Shown piece after piece: positions 35,243 through 44,379 of a DNA stretch of 64,000 nt (within the stretch, counting starts at the first letter, position 1; every line of letters starts with the position of its first letter). The notes beneath the pieces were generated by a model. The model saw only the letters and a program-made list of their open reading frames with translations. It searched no databases and was not told the DNA's origin. The stretch is from an uncultured Gammaproteobacteria bacterium (GTDB taxonomy: Bacteria; Pseudomonadota; Gammaproteobacteria; UBA9214). Position numbers and translations under genes: made by a program. The stretch is from the NCBI GenBank assembly GCA_963748215.1, contig CAVVHS010000003.1:64001-128000 (forward strand). The letters run 5' to 3'.

Positions 35243-36055
35243 GTGACCGTCCGCACCATCAAACCCGAAGAATATTTCATCGAGCAGGAACCCTACTACG
35301 AACCGGTCGGCGACGAGATCACCATCTTCGAAGCGGCCTATAAAAATCAGTTACCTGTCCTGCTCAAGGGCCCGACCGGCTGCGGCAAGACGCGCTTCAT
35401 GGAACACATGGCCTGGCGCCTCAAGCGCCCGCTGATCACCGTGTCCTGCCACGACGACCTGACCGCTTCTGACCTGGTCGGGCGCTACCTCATCACCGGC
35501 GGCGAGACCGTCTGGGTCGACGGGCCCCTGGCGCGCGCCGTGCGCAGCGGCGCCATCTGCTACCTCGACGAGGTCGTCGAGGCGCGCAAGGACACCACCG
35601 TGGTCATCCACCCGCTCGCCGACGACCGCCGCGTGCTGCCCATGGAAAAGCTCGGCCAGGTGATCGAGGCCGGCCCCGAGTTCTGCATGGCCATCTCCTA
35701 CAACCCCGGCTACCAGAGCGTGCTCAAGGACCTCAAGCAGTCCACCCGCCAGCGCTTCGTGGCACTGGAGTTCGACTACCCGTCAGCGCAACTCGAAACC
35801 AAGATCCTCGTCAACGAAACCGGCATCGACCAGAAGACCGCCGAACAGCTCATCAAGTTCGCGCAGATGACGCGCAACCTGAAAGGTAGCGGGCTGGAGG
35901 AGGGGGCGAGCACGCGGTTGCTGGTGCATGCGGCGAAGTTGATCCACTCGGGGATTAACCCGGTGGTGGCGTGCAGGAGTTGTATTGCTGAAGCACTCAC
36001 CGACGATGCGGAGATGTTGACGGCGGTGCATGAGTTGAGTGCGTCGGTTTTTTGA
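35243..36055 (+). CDS. cbbQ: CbbQ/NirQ/NorQ family AAA+ ATPase
   Basis: [35 protein letters not shown]; GTG start. Confidence 0.85.
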   Translation: MTVRTIKPEEYFIEQEPYYEPVGDEITIFEAAYKNQLPVLLKGPTGCGKTRFMEHMAWRLKRPLITVSCHDDLTASDLVGRYLITGGETVWVDGPLARAVRSGAICYLDEVVEARKDTTVVIHPLADDRRVLPMEKLGQVIEAGPEFCMAISYNPGYQSVLKDLKQSTRQRFVALEFDYPSAQLETKILVNETGIDQKTAEQLIKFAQMTRNLKGSGLEEGASTRLLVHAAKLIHSGINPVVACRSCIAEALTDDAEMLTAVHELSASVF

Positions 36056-36057
36056 TA

Positions 36058-36126
36058 GATGTTCCGGATAGAGATTCAGGAAATAATTAAGCAATAAAAT
36101 GTGTCGCCGAAAATGTATCCGGCACC
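36058..36126. repeat. Type-3 repeat, degenerate doublet; left boundary of the repeat-rich region
   Basis: GATGTTCCGGATAGAGATT ... AAAATGTATCCGGCACC resembles 60877-60913. Confidence 0.55.
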
Positions 36127-36519
36127 ACTGCTGTCCCATAAACTTTTCATACCAGGCAGAGTTGCGGTGTATCGAGTGGTTTCTGATCCGTAGAATCACC
36201 TCGAAGCAGTGCCATCAGGTCACGCCGCATAAACAGGTTGAGTTGAAGCAGGCGCAGGATGTGCTGCATGGACGCACCAACTCGTGACAAATATTTCAAG
36301 TAGGCAAGCAGCAAATATACACAAATCGAAACCCAGATTTGGGTCAGTACGGCATTTCTGCTGGTGCCCAGGAAGCTGCGTATTTTCAGGTTCTGCTTTA
36401 TCCATTTGAAGAACAGTTCGATCTGCCAGCGTTGCTTGTAGATGGCTGCAATGGTAGTGGCTGCCAGCGCGAAATGATTCGTCAGGAATTCATAACGCTG
36501 TCCCGTGTCGATCGATATA
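36126..36519 (-). mobile_element. IS4-family element fragment: 3' part of the transposase (stop 36147-36149) plus probable terminal IR
   Basis: Manual translation DTGQRYEFLTNHFALAATTIAAIYKQRWQIELFFKWIKQNLKIRSFLGTSRNAVLTQIW... carries the Y-x2-R-x3-E-x6-K signature; no start codon; CACTGCTGTCCC end. Confidence 0.85.
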
Positions 36520-36589
36520 AATCAATAGGGTCAGACTCCATTGATTCGTCAATTCTGCGTCTAATCAATGGAGTCTGACCCCTTTGATT
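36520..36589. repeat. Type-1 REP doublet
   Basis: AATCAATAGGGTCAGACTCCATTGATT-CGTCAATTCTGCGTCT-AATCAATGGAGTCTGACCCCTTTGATT. Confidence 0.92.
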
Positions 36590-36686
36590 TTTGATCTTTT
36601 TTAGAGAAAAATTTGCCGGCCAGGAGTTTATGGCCGGCGGCGAGCGGAGACAGCCATTTGTCGTCCGGGGCGCTACAATGGCGGCC

Positions 36687-38588
36687 ATGCTGCAATTTGA
36701 CAATCTTGCCCTGAGACGCGGGCCACGGCTGCTGTTCGAGAACGCCACCCTGCAGATCCACCCGGGATGGAAGGTCGGCGTCACCGGCACGAACGGCACC
36801 GGCAAGTCGAGCCTGTTCGCCCTGATCCGCGACGAACTGCATGCCGATGCCGGCGCGTGCCGGTATCCGGCCGACTGGGTGATCGCCCATGTGGCGCAGG
36901 AGATGCTGGCCGAGGCGCGTGCGGCCATCGAGTACGTGCTCGACGGGGACGAGGGGCTGCGTGCGGTCGAGGCTGCGCTCGCCGCAGCGGAAGACCGGCA
37001 TGATGGCGAGCAGCTCGGCACACTGCACGCGCAGTTTGATGCCATCGGCGGCTACACGGCACGTAGCCGCGCCGCGCAGTTGCTGCATGGCCTGGGTTTC
37101 AGCAGCGCCGACGAGGACCGTCCGGTCAGCGATTTCTCGGGCGGCTGGCGCATGCGGCTGAACCTCGCCCGCGCGCTCATGTGCCGCTCGGACCTGCTGC
37201 TGCTTGACGAGCCCACCAACCATCTGGACCTTGATGCAGTCATCTGGCTGGAAAACTGGCTGTGCGCCTATGCCGGCACGCTGCTGCTGATCTCGCACGA
37301 CCGGGATTTCCTCGACAGCGTGGCCAGCCATATCGCCCACATCGAGCGCCAGCGACTCACGCTCTACAGCGGCAACTATTCGGCGTTCGAACGCCGGCGC
37401 GCGGAATACCTGGCCGGCCAGCAGGCGCAATACGAGAAACAGCAGCGCGAGATCGCTCACATGCATTCCTTTGTCGAGCGCTTCCGTGCCAAAGCCACCA
37501 AGGCGCGCCAGGCCCAGAGTCGTCTGAAGGCCCTGCAGCGCATGGAACTGATTGCCCCGGCGCACGTAGACTCACCGTTCCACTTCAGCCTGCGCGAGCC
37601 TGCGAAATTGCCGGACCCGCTGCTGCGCCTGCGCGCGGTGGCCGCCGGCTACGGCGAGACAACCGTCATCGGCGGCGTTGAACTCAGCCTCTCCCCGGGC
37701 GAACGCATCGGCCTGCTGGGTCCCAACGGCGCCGGCAAATCCACGCTGATCAAGCTGCTGGCCGGCGTGATCGAGCCGCAGCAGGGCAGGCGCGAGCCGG
37801 CGCAGGACCTGCGGATCGGCTATTTCGCCCAGCACCAGGTCGAGCAGCTCGATGCGCAGGCCTCGCCTCTAGCGCACCTGCTGCGGATCGATCCGAAGGC
37901 ACGTGAGCAGGAACTGCGCGATTATCTCGGCGGCTTCGGCTTTCCCGCCGACCAGGCGCTGGCACCGACCGGTCCGTTTTCGGGCGGAGAGAAATCGCGA
38001 CTGGTGCTGGCGCTGCTGGTCTATCAGCGGCCGAACCTGCTGCTGCTCGATGAGCCCACCAACCATCTGGACCTGGAAATGCGTCAGGCGCTGGCCACGG
38101 CCCTGCAGGACTTCGCCGGCGCCATGGTGCTGGTTTCGCACGACCGCCATCTGCTGCGTGTTACCAGCGACCGGCTGGTGCTGGTGTACGCCGGCAGGGT
38201 GGAGGAATTTCCGGACAGCCTGGATGATTACCCACAGTGGCTGACCATGCAGAACCGCCAGAGCCGGGTTGTGCCAGTAAACGCCGATGGCCCGAGTGGC
38301 GCGGCCCGGCGCAAGGAGAAAAAGCGCCAGGAGGCCGAACAGCGCCGACAGTCGCGGCCGCTGCGCGAGAAAATCTCGAAGGCGGAAGCCGCGCTTGCCG
38401 GCATGCACGCGCGGCAGCATGAACTCGAGAAGTGCCTCGCTGAACCCGGACTCTATCGCATGGAGAACAAGACCCGGCTGAATGAACTGCTGCGGGAGAA
38501 GGCGGACGTCGATCGGGAGAGTGAAGCCCTGGAACGTGACTGGCTGGAGGCCTGCGAACAACTGGAAGCGCGGCAGGCAGGTAAATAG
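36687..38588 (+). CDS. ABC-F family ATPase (YheS-like)
   Basis: Two ABC cassettes (GTNGTGKS, FSGGWRMR, LLDEPTNHLD; GPNGAGKS, FSGGEK), no TM domain. Confidence 0.92.
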   Translation: MLQFDNLALRRGPRLLFENATLQIHPGWKVGVTGTNGTGKSSLFALIRDELHADAGACRYPADWVIAHVAQEMLAEARAAIEYVLDGDEGLRAVEAALAAAEDRHDGEQLGTLHAQFDAIGGYTARSRAAQLLHGLGFSSADEDRPVSDFSGGWRMRLNLARALMCRSDLLLLDEPTNHLDLDAVIWLENWLCAYAGTLLLISHDRDFLDSVASHIAHIERQRLTLYSGNYSAFERRRAEYLAGQQAQYEKQQREIAHMHSFVERFRAKATKARQAQSRLKALQRMELIAPAHVDSPFHFSLREPAKLPDPLLRLRAVAAGYGETTVIGGVELSLSPGERIGLLGPNGAGKSTLIKLLAGVIEPQQGRREPAQDLRIGYFAQHQVEQLDAQASPLAHLLRIDPKAREQELRDYLGGFGFPADQALAPTGPFSGGEKSRLVLALLVYQRPNLLLLDEPTNHLDLEMRQALATALQDFAGAMVLVSHDRHLLRVTSDRLVLVYAGRVEEFPDSLDDYPQWLTMQNRQSRVVPVNADGPSGAARRKEKKRQEAEQRRQSRPLREKISKAEAALAGMHARQHELEKCLAEPGLYRMENKTRLNELLREKADVDRESEALERDWLEACEQLEARQAGK

Positions 38589-38700
38589 GGGACAGGCCAC
38601 GATTTCCCGGTAAATTGTCGAATCAATAGGGTCAGACTCGATTGATTCGTCAACAAGATGTCTGATAAATGGAGACAGCCCCCATTGATCTGGGGACGGG
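38583..38700. repeat. Type-4 arm followed by a type-1 doublet with degenerate second arm
   Basis: AAATAGGGGACAGGCCACGATTT; AATCAATAGGGTCAGACTCGATTGATT at 38621-38647; AAATGGAGACAGCCCCCATTGAT. Confidence 0.85.
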
Positions 38701-38736
38701 ATAGGCTACTGGCAGCAGTCTGAATGTGCAGTTTGT

Positions 38737-39480
38737 TCAACGGCAATACCATTCAACAAACCGCCTGAGAATTTCCTGGGCATGCAGGGTGGGCTTCTGG
38801 CTGACTCGCTTTTTCAGTTCTTCCGCTTCATGTGGTTCGAAATAGCCGTGATTGCGGTAGGTGTCGATACGCAATACAAATTCTTCGGCGTCTCCTTCCG
38901 GGTGGAACTGGGTGGCATACACGTTTTCGCCGATGCGAAACATCTGTATCGGGCAGCCGCTGCCTTTCATCAGTAACGTCGCCCCTTCGGGAAGGGTGTC
39001 GACGGCCTCCTTGTGTCCGAGCAAAACGTCGATCTGATCAGGAAAACCCCGAAGCAGTTTGTCCTGTTTGCCGGCCTCGGTAATATCCAGCGTGACGCAA
39101 CCCACGGCTTCGCCGTGCATTGTCGAGATACGGGTGCCGAGGTAGTTGCCCAGCAGGCCGTTGCCGGAGCAGGCGCCGAGAAAGGGAAAGTCCCGTGCGA
39201 CGACCTGTTCCAGTAGCCGGTTGAAATCGGCCTCGATCTTTTTCTGGATGCCGGATTTTCTGTCTTCCTGGGTGCTGATATCGAACGGGCTGCCACCGAC
39301 AATGATCGCGGAATAGTCTTCCGGGTTCAGGTTATCAGGGATGCCTCGCAGCTCGATGCGTTTCCTGCAGGTGTCACCGGCCTGTAAGCCGCCGTATTTC
39401 AGTATGCAGGCATATTCACTGTCGGACGTGATGTCTTCCGGTCGCAGTTGCAGAATCAGAACGGGTTTCCTGACAGCCAT
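38737..39480 (-). CDS. Class I glutamine amidotransferase
   Basis: IIVGGSP, LGACSG, QFHPE triad motifs; start uncertain. Confidence 0.88.
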   Translation of the reverse strand: MAVRKPVLILQLRPEDITSDSEYACILKYGGLQAGDTCRKRIELRGIPDNLNPEDYSAIIVGGSPFDISTQEDRKSGIQKKIEADFNRLLEQVVARDFPFLGACSGNGLLGNYLGTRISTMHGEAVGCVTLDITEAGKQDKLLRGFPDQIDVLLGHKEAVDTLPEGATLLMKGSGCPIQMFRIGENVYATQFHPEGDAEEFVLRIDTYRNHGYFEPHEAEELKKRVSQKPTLHAQEILRRFVEWYCR

Positions 39481-39505
39481 GGGTGACATTGTATTCCAAT
39501 CGCCA

Positions 39506-39523
39506 GGTTCAGACTCCATTGAT
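39506..39523 (+). repeat. Partial type-1 arm
   Basis: GGTTCAGACTCCATTGAT. Confidence 0.6.
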
Positions 39524-39651
39524 CCGGCAGGATACTGCCATGACAATCATCTGATACAGGTTGTCAGAGCACGTATTTTCATACTATAAACAGGATAAAT
39601 GCTCTGATGCCACTTTCTACGTGATACGGTCGGGAATCACGGAGTTGTGCC

Positions 39652-40377
39652 ATGCGTTATGAACTATTCTACTGGCCATCCATCCAGGGACGCGGGGAAT
39701 TCGTGCGGCTGGCACTGGAGGATACGGGCGCCGATTATTTGGACGTGGCGCGGGAACGCGGGCGTGGCCTGGGCATTGATGCCATGCTGCGTCTGATGAC
39801 TGACCCGGAGCTGGTGCGCCTGCCTTTCGCGCCCCCCTTCCTGCGGGCGGGCAGGCAGCTCATCGCGCAGACCGCGAATATTCTGCATTTCCTGGGCCCA
39901 CACCTGGGACTGGTGCCCGACTCCGCTGCAGGCCGGCTGTGGGTGCACCAGTTGCAACTCACCGTGGAAGATCTCGTGGTCGATGTGCATGACACCCATC
40001 ACCCGGTCGCCATGAGTCTCTATTACGAGGCGCAGAAAACCGAGGCCGTACGGCGTGCCGGATTCTTCACCAGGGAGCGCGCACCCGAGTTGCTGGGTTA
40101 CTTCGAAAATGTGCTGCAGCGCAATAGGGGCGGTCGCGGTTACATGGTCGGGCGCACATTCAGCTATGTCGACTTGTCGATGTTCCAGGTCATCGAGGGA
40201 CTGGGATATGCGTTCCCGAACATGATGGCGCGTCTTGCGCCGGAGATCCCTGGCCTGATGGGACTGCATTCACGCGTTGCGCAGCGGCCGAACGTCGCCG
40301 CGTATCTCGCCTCCAGGCGGCGTCTGCCGTTCAACGAAGACGGGATCTTCCGGCACTATCCGGAACTGGACGCCTGA
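39652..40377 (+). CDS. Glutathione S-transferase
   Basis: YWPSIQGRGEFVRLAL, FAPPFL, QTANIL, SYVDLSMF. Confidence 0.9.
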   Translation: MRYELFYWPSIQGRGEFVRLALEDTGADYLDVARERGRGLGIDAMLRLMTDPELVRLPFAPPFLRAGRQLIAQTANILHFLGPHLGLVPDSAAGRLWVHQLQLTVEDLVVDVHDTHHPVAMSLYYEAQKTEAVRRAGFFTRERAPELLGYFENVLQRNRGGRGYMVGRTFSYVDLSMFQVIEGLGYAFPNMMARLAPEIPGLMGLHSRVAQRPNVAAYLASRRRLPFNEDGIFRHYPELDA

Positions 40378-40546
40378 ATCAATAGGAATCAATAGGGTCA
40401 GACTCGATTGAATCTTTAAATAGCCAGCGCCTGACTGTTTCTCCTTTTCGAGAGTAATAGGGGACGGACCACGTTTTCAGATATACAGACCGCCAGGGAA
40501 ACGTGGTCTGTCCCCTGTTATATAACTGGGATCTGACGCCATTGAT
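40377..40546. repeat. Composite: type-1 left arm, copy of RAYT leader, type-4 doublet, degenerate type-1 right arm
   Basis: Arm 40387-40413; 40418-40445 matches 45311-45338 at 26/28; GGGGACGGACCACGTTT...AAACGTGGTCTGTCCCC at 40460-40515. Confidence 0.85.
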
Positions 40547-40557
40547 ACAGTGCCGGT

Positions 40558-41322
40558 TCATTTGCCCCGCGCTGCCAACTCGGGCCAGAGATCTTCCATG
40601 TGCGGTCCCCACACCGGATTGCGCTCGAGGTCCTGCAGAACCCGTTCGATTCGCCCACGCCGTTCTTCCTCGGACAGGTATTCGAGGTCCGGCATGTCCG
40701 GCATACCGCGGGGGGTATCCGCGTGCCGCTCGAGGAACTGATCGAACTCCGTTTGAAGACATTGCCGAAGGGATACCCGGACCGCTTCTGTCATTTCGAT
40801 TTGGGAGCTCGAATCGGCTGCTTCGGCGTGTGCTGCGTAGCTCAGCCGGTCGAGCTCCCGAATCGTCTGAGACCAGCGTTCCGGATCGTCGGTGAGGTCC
40901 GCGAGCCGCACGACGCGATTGGTACGGTCATTCTCTACAAGGCCCGGTCGGGTCTCGGTGGCCGGCGCTATTGGCCCGAACAGGTGATGCAGTTCGGGTA
41001 CGTAGACCCATTCGATCCAGGGTACGAGTTCGCCGTCCAGGGGCTGGTGGAGCTGCACGAATCCGGGCACGTCGTAGGACGCGTTCGCATCCGTCAGCAG
41101 GACTTCGCCAGGCCTGTAATAGCTCAGGCTATCGACGAAGTTGAATCGCGAGCCTTTGTAACGATAGGCAACGAAAGCTTTGGCAACTGACCGGCCTTCA
41201 AGGTCTGTAACCGTTCCGGACAAGGATGGCACGATGGAGATCGACACGGCGGTGATCGCCAGTGCAGTTCCAACCAGTGCAACCGTCAGGACGCGAACGA
41301 ACCATGAACGCCTCCGTCCCAT
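40558..41322 (-). CDS. Hypothetical membrane-anchored protein
   Basis: 254-aa ORF with N-terminal TM; abuts upstream ORF. Confidence 0.55.
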   Translation of the reverse strand: MGRRRSWFVRVLTVALVGTALAITAVSISIVPSLSGTVTDLEGRSVAKAFVAYRYKGSRFNFVDSLSYYRPGEVLLTDANASYDVPGFVQLHQPLDGELVPWIEWVYVPELHHLFGPIAPATETRPGLVENDRTNRVVRLADLTDDPERWSQTIRELDRLSYAAHAEAADSSSQIEMTEAVRVSLRQCLQTEFDQFLERHADTPRGMPDMPDLEYLSEEERRGRIERVLQDLERNPVWGPHMEDLWPELAARGK

Positions 41323-41997
41323 TCAGTTCGCCTGGTCGCTTGCTATGGTCTGTTCCAGTAGCAGAATCATCGTTGCCAGCAGCGGCCGGGGGTCGCTGAT
41401 TGCGCGGCCATCCTCCTTGAGTTCGATGCACCAGTCGCGCCCGAGCGCCTTCATGGCACTCCTAAGCAGCTTTCCAAACAGGCCCTGGGGTGGCTCTTTG
41501 TGTTCCTGTTCCGGTCGCGGGTGACGCTCGATGTTGCCGATGATGCGATCCCCGTCAACGATCGCGTATGCGGTGCAGCAACCCTCGAGAACGTCCTGCA
41601 TGAACTTGTCGAGTTTTCCCTGCGGATCGACGATTCGATAGAGTTCCTGATCGTTGGGTGTGCTGACTTTCATCCCGTGCGACGTGAACAGCCCGATCGT
41701 GGCCAGCCGCGCGCCGCTTGTGCCCTCGGAAACGTAGTGTGTCAGGTTCAGGATTTTGCGCTTAGGTTCGAGGCGAAAAAGCACCTGGTCATCGCCACGA
41801 GAGCGGTGGAACGTCGTTGTACCTCCGAGGCAGCTGCCGACGACATGACAGGCAAAGAGCGGCTGGTTCCCGGCATCGTTGATCGTGTACCAGCTGTTTG
41901 CGCCTTTGAGTGCGGAGATACTCTCGACTTCGGTCTTGTCGAACCGATAAAAGTTCTCGGGCATAGGTGTCGACTCTCTTGGTTGCGTCGATGTCAT
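41323..41997 (-). CDS. Hypothetical protein (possible LURP-one/tubby-like fold)
   Basis: 224-aa ORF, beta-rich pattern with terminal hydrophobic helix DPRPLLATMILL. Confidence 0.55.
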   Translation of the reverse strand: MTSTQPRESTPMPENFYRFDKTEVESISALKGANSWYTINDAGNQPLFACHVVGSCLGGTTTFHRSRGDDQVLFRLEPKRKILNLTHYVSEGTSGARLATIGLFTSHGMKVSTPNDQELYRIVDPQGKLDKFMQDVLEGCCTAYAIVDGDRIIGNIERHPRPEQEHKEPPQGLFGKLLRSAMKALGRDWCIELKEDGRAISDPRPLLATMILLLEQTIASDQAN

Positions 41998-42007
41998 CGT
42001 TTTTAGA

Positions 42008-42046
42008 AATATATGGTGTCAGAGCACATTTTTCTCTAATATTCGA
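42008..42046 (+). repeat. Type-2 arm plus spacer
   Basis: GGTGTCAGAGCACATTTTTCTCTAATATTCGAG. Confidence 0.7.
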
Positions 42047-42157
42047 GCCTGTCCTTGGAAAGTGGTCGTCCCTTGGGTTGTGCCTCGATCTGTTGTTTCA
42101 GCATGCATTCGATACAGTCTAAATGGATGCGCCTGATAGCCGATAGCGATGTTGATC

Positions 42158-43045
42158 ATGAAGACCCTTCTCAGCTTTCTATCACTCATCTTTTTCACAG
42201 GGCCCGGAAGCGCTGCGGATACCACTGTGCAGCTGGCAGGACTGGAGGCCAGCACAACCTCGCAGGTTGTCACGGCACCTCGCTGGAGCGCGCTGAACCC
42301 GAATAAACTGAAGCTCAAGTCGGCCGCGGTGCTGGTGCTGGATCAGAATGGCGAAGAAGTCTATTCCAGGCATGTGAGTGACCCTCGCCCCATCGCCTCG
42401 ATTACCAAGCTGATGACGGCGATGGTTATCCTGGACAGCGACCTCGATTTACAGGAAAAGATTACCATCACCAAAGATGACCGGGATCTGATTCAGCTGA
42501 CCGGTTCGCGGCTGAAGTATGGCGCATTACTGACACGCAAACAGATGTTGAAACTGGCACTGATGTCATCTGAAAACCGGGCAGCCAATGCACTTGCCCG
42601 CACATGGCCTGAGGGTAAAGCGGCATTTGTCGAAGCCATGAACAAAAAGGCTGATGCGCTTGGTATGCAGACCAGTCATTTTAAAGATCCGGCTGGGCTT
42701 GATCCCGGTAATGTTGCCTCCGCTCGTGACACAGCCAGAATGGTGCGCGCTGCCATGTCCTACCCGCTAATTCGTAATGCCACCACTACCCGCTCAGCCA
42801 CAGTCAGGCCATACAAGGGTCGCGGTGAACTCATGTTCAATAACACCAACCGCCTGCTGAGGAACAAGACCTGGGACATCCAGCTCAGCAAGACAGGTTA
42901 CATCAACGAGTCCGGGCGCAGCCTCGTGATGCAGGCTGAGATTGACGACCAGCCACTCACCATTGTGCTGCTCAACTCCTTTGGCAAGCTGACACCCTTC
43001 GGCGACTCCAACCGAATTCGGAAGTGGATTGAGAGCGGTAGATAA
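42158..43045 (+). CDS. pbpG: D-alanyl-D-alanine endopeptidase (PBP7, peptidase S11)
   Basis: ASITK (SxxK), SEN (SxN), KTG motifs; signal peptide. Confidence 0.88.
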   Translation: MKTLLSFLSLIFFTGPGSAADTTVQLAGLEASTTSQVVTAPRWSALNPNKLKLKSAAVLVLDQNGEEVYSRHVSDPRPIASITKLMTAMVILDSDLDLQEKITITKDDRDLIQLTGSRLKYGALLTRKQMLKLALMSSENRAANALARTWPEGKAAFVEAMNKKADALGMQTSHFKDPAGLDPGNVASARDTARMVRAAMSYPLIRNATTTRSATVRPYKGRGELMFNNTNRLLRNKTWDIQLSKTGYINESGRSLVMQAEIDDQPLTIVLLNSFGKLTPFGDSNRIRKWIESGR

Positions 43046-43051
43046 AAACAA

Positions 43052-43121
43052 AATCAAATGGGTCAGACTCGATTGATTCGTCAATATTGCGTCTAATCAA
43101 AGGAGTCTGACCCCTTTGATT
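43052..43121. repeat. Type-1 REP doublet
   Basis: AATCAAATGGGTCAGACTCGATTGATT-CGTCAATATTGCGTCT-AATCAAAGGAGTCTGACCCCTTTGATT. Confidence 0.92.
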
Positions 43122-43135
43122 CATTGGGTGGGCTT

Positions 43136-43672
43136 ATGGCATTAAAGCCAAGAATATATAAATTAAGAATCGCGCTTTCTGATGTCGACCGGGATTATTA
43201 TGACACACTGAATTTAACGATTGCCCAACACCCATCTGAAACACTTGAACGAATGATGGTGCGTGTTCTGGCATTTTGTATCAATGCACAGGAACAACTG
43301 GTGTTTACAAAAGGACTTTGCGCCGTGGACGAACCCGACATATGGGTTCGCACACTGGACGGTCAACTTGCATTATGGGTCGATGTAGGGGAGCCGGCTG
43401 TTGATAGGATAAAAAAGGCAACACGACTTTCTCCGGCAGTTAAGGTTTATAGCTTTAATTCCAAATCGGATGTTTGGTGGGATCAGGGGCGAGCAAAGCT
43501 CAATGAGCTGACTGTGTCAATCTTTCAGTTTCAGTGGGAAAGCATTCAGGCATTGGCGGCGCTGGCGCAGCGTACGATGGATCTTTCCATCACTATTGCA
43601 GATGATTCTGCCTATGTTGCCACTGAATCAGGAGAATGTGAGGTGTCCTGGGTGCCATTGCAAGTTGCATGA
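43136..43672 (+). CDS. yaeQ: YaeQ family protein
   Basis: MALKPRIYK, AQHPSETLERMMVR, FTKGL, DEPDIW. Confidence 0.92.
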   Translation: MALKPRIYKLRIALSDVDRDYYDTLNLTIAQHPSETLERMMVRVLAFCINAQEQLVFTKGLCAVDEPDIWVRTLDGQLALWVDVGEPAVDRIKKATRLSPAVKVYSFNSKSDVWWDQGRAKLNELTVSIFQFQWESIQALAALAQRTMDLSITIADDSAYVATESGECEVSWVPLQVA

Positions 43673-43685
43673 TTGAATATCTATT

Positions 43686-43755
43686 GATCTATGGGGTCAG
43701 CCTCCTTTGATTAGACGCGACTTTGACGAATCAATCGAGTCTGACCCCATTGATC
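43686..43755. repeat. Type-1 REP doublet, spacer in reverse orientation
   Basis: ATGGGGTCAGCCTCCTTTGATT-AGACGCGACTTTGACG-AATCAATCGAGTCTGACCCCATTGAT. Confidence 0.9.
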
Positions 43756-43766
43756 CGTTGATCCGG

Positions 43767-44078
43767 TTAATCGGGTGGTTCGGTCTCGGGATTTTGCGGT
43801 TCCGAGTGCATAGGTTCCGGTTGTATATGTATCACGGTCGGTGGAGGACGCCAGTAATAGGGACCGCCCCAGTAGGGATTGTAAGGACGGTGCCGGTAGT
43901 ACCGCCAGTCATCATCATCGTCATCGAACATCTCGTCGTACCACCAGGAGGGATTCATCAGATCCCAAATGTCATCATCATCATCATAATAATAACCCCG
44001 TGCCTGGGCGGTTTGGGTCGGTACTGCCCCCCCAAGGAACGCTGCGACAGCAAAAATAACCACGGTTCTCTTAAGCAT
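43767..44078 (-). CDS. Secreted Asp/Tyr/Trp/Pro-rich small protein, possibly sulfur-globule-protein-like
   Basis: Signal peptide ending AQA; MNPSWWYD and PYWGGPYY resemble the 19-360 protein. Confidence 0.6.
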   Translation of the reverse strand: MLKRTVVIFAVAAFLGGAVPTQTAQARGYYYDDDDDIWDLMNPSWWYDEMFDDDDDDWRYYRHRPYNPYWGGPYYWRPPPTVIHIQPEPMHSEPQNPETEPPD

Positions 44079-44170
44079 CTCGATATCTCACAACGGCAGG
44101 TTTTAAATAAGAATATAGTATTTTTGATTCCACCCAAAGCCGAATTGAGCGGGTGAAAAAATCCTAACCA

Positions 44171-44250
44171 AATCAATTGAGTCGAAATAATAAAAGGGTG
44201 TCGGAGCACATATTTCCCTTATTTAAGCGAAAAATATGCTCTGACACCGT
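44171..44250. repeat. Partial type-1 arm plus type-2 doublet
   Basis: AATCAATTGAGTC; GGTGTCGGAGCACATATTT ... AAATATGCTCTGACACC. Confidence 0.8.
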
Positions 44251-44379
44251 TCTACTTCGTCCTTTTAAATTATCACGCAAAGATAACATTTTCGCCGGAC
44301 CGTGAACTTTGCCGGTTGAAAAGGCTCTTTCCTGTCAGATGCACACCCAACTTGTCTTGTCATCCAGGAGAACAACACG

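Noticed and set aside
43707-44156. Short ORFs sharing peptides such as SIESDPID or NQSSLTLL
   Set aside because: These are translations of the type-1 repeat, not a protein family.
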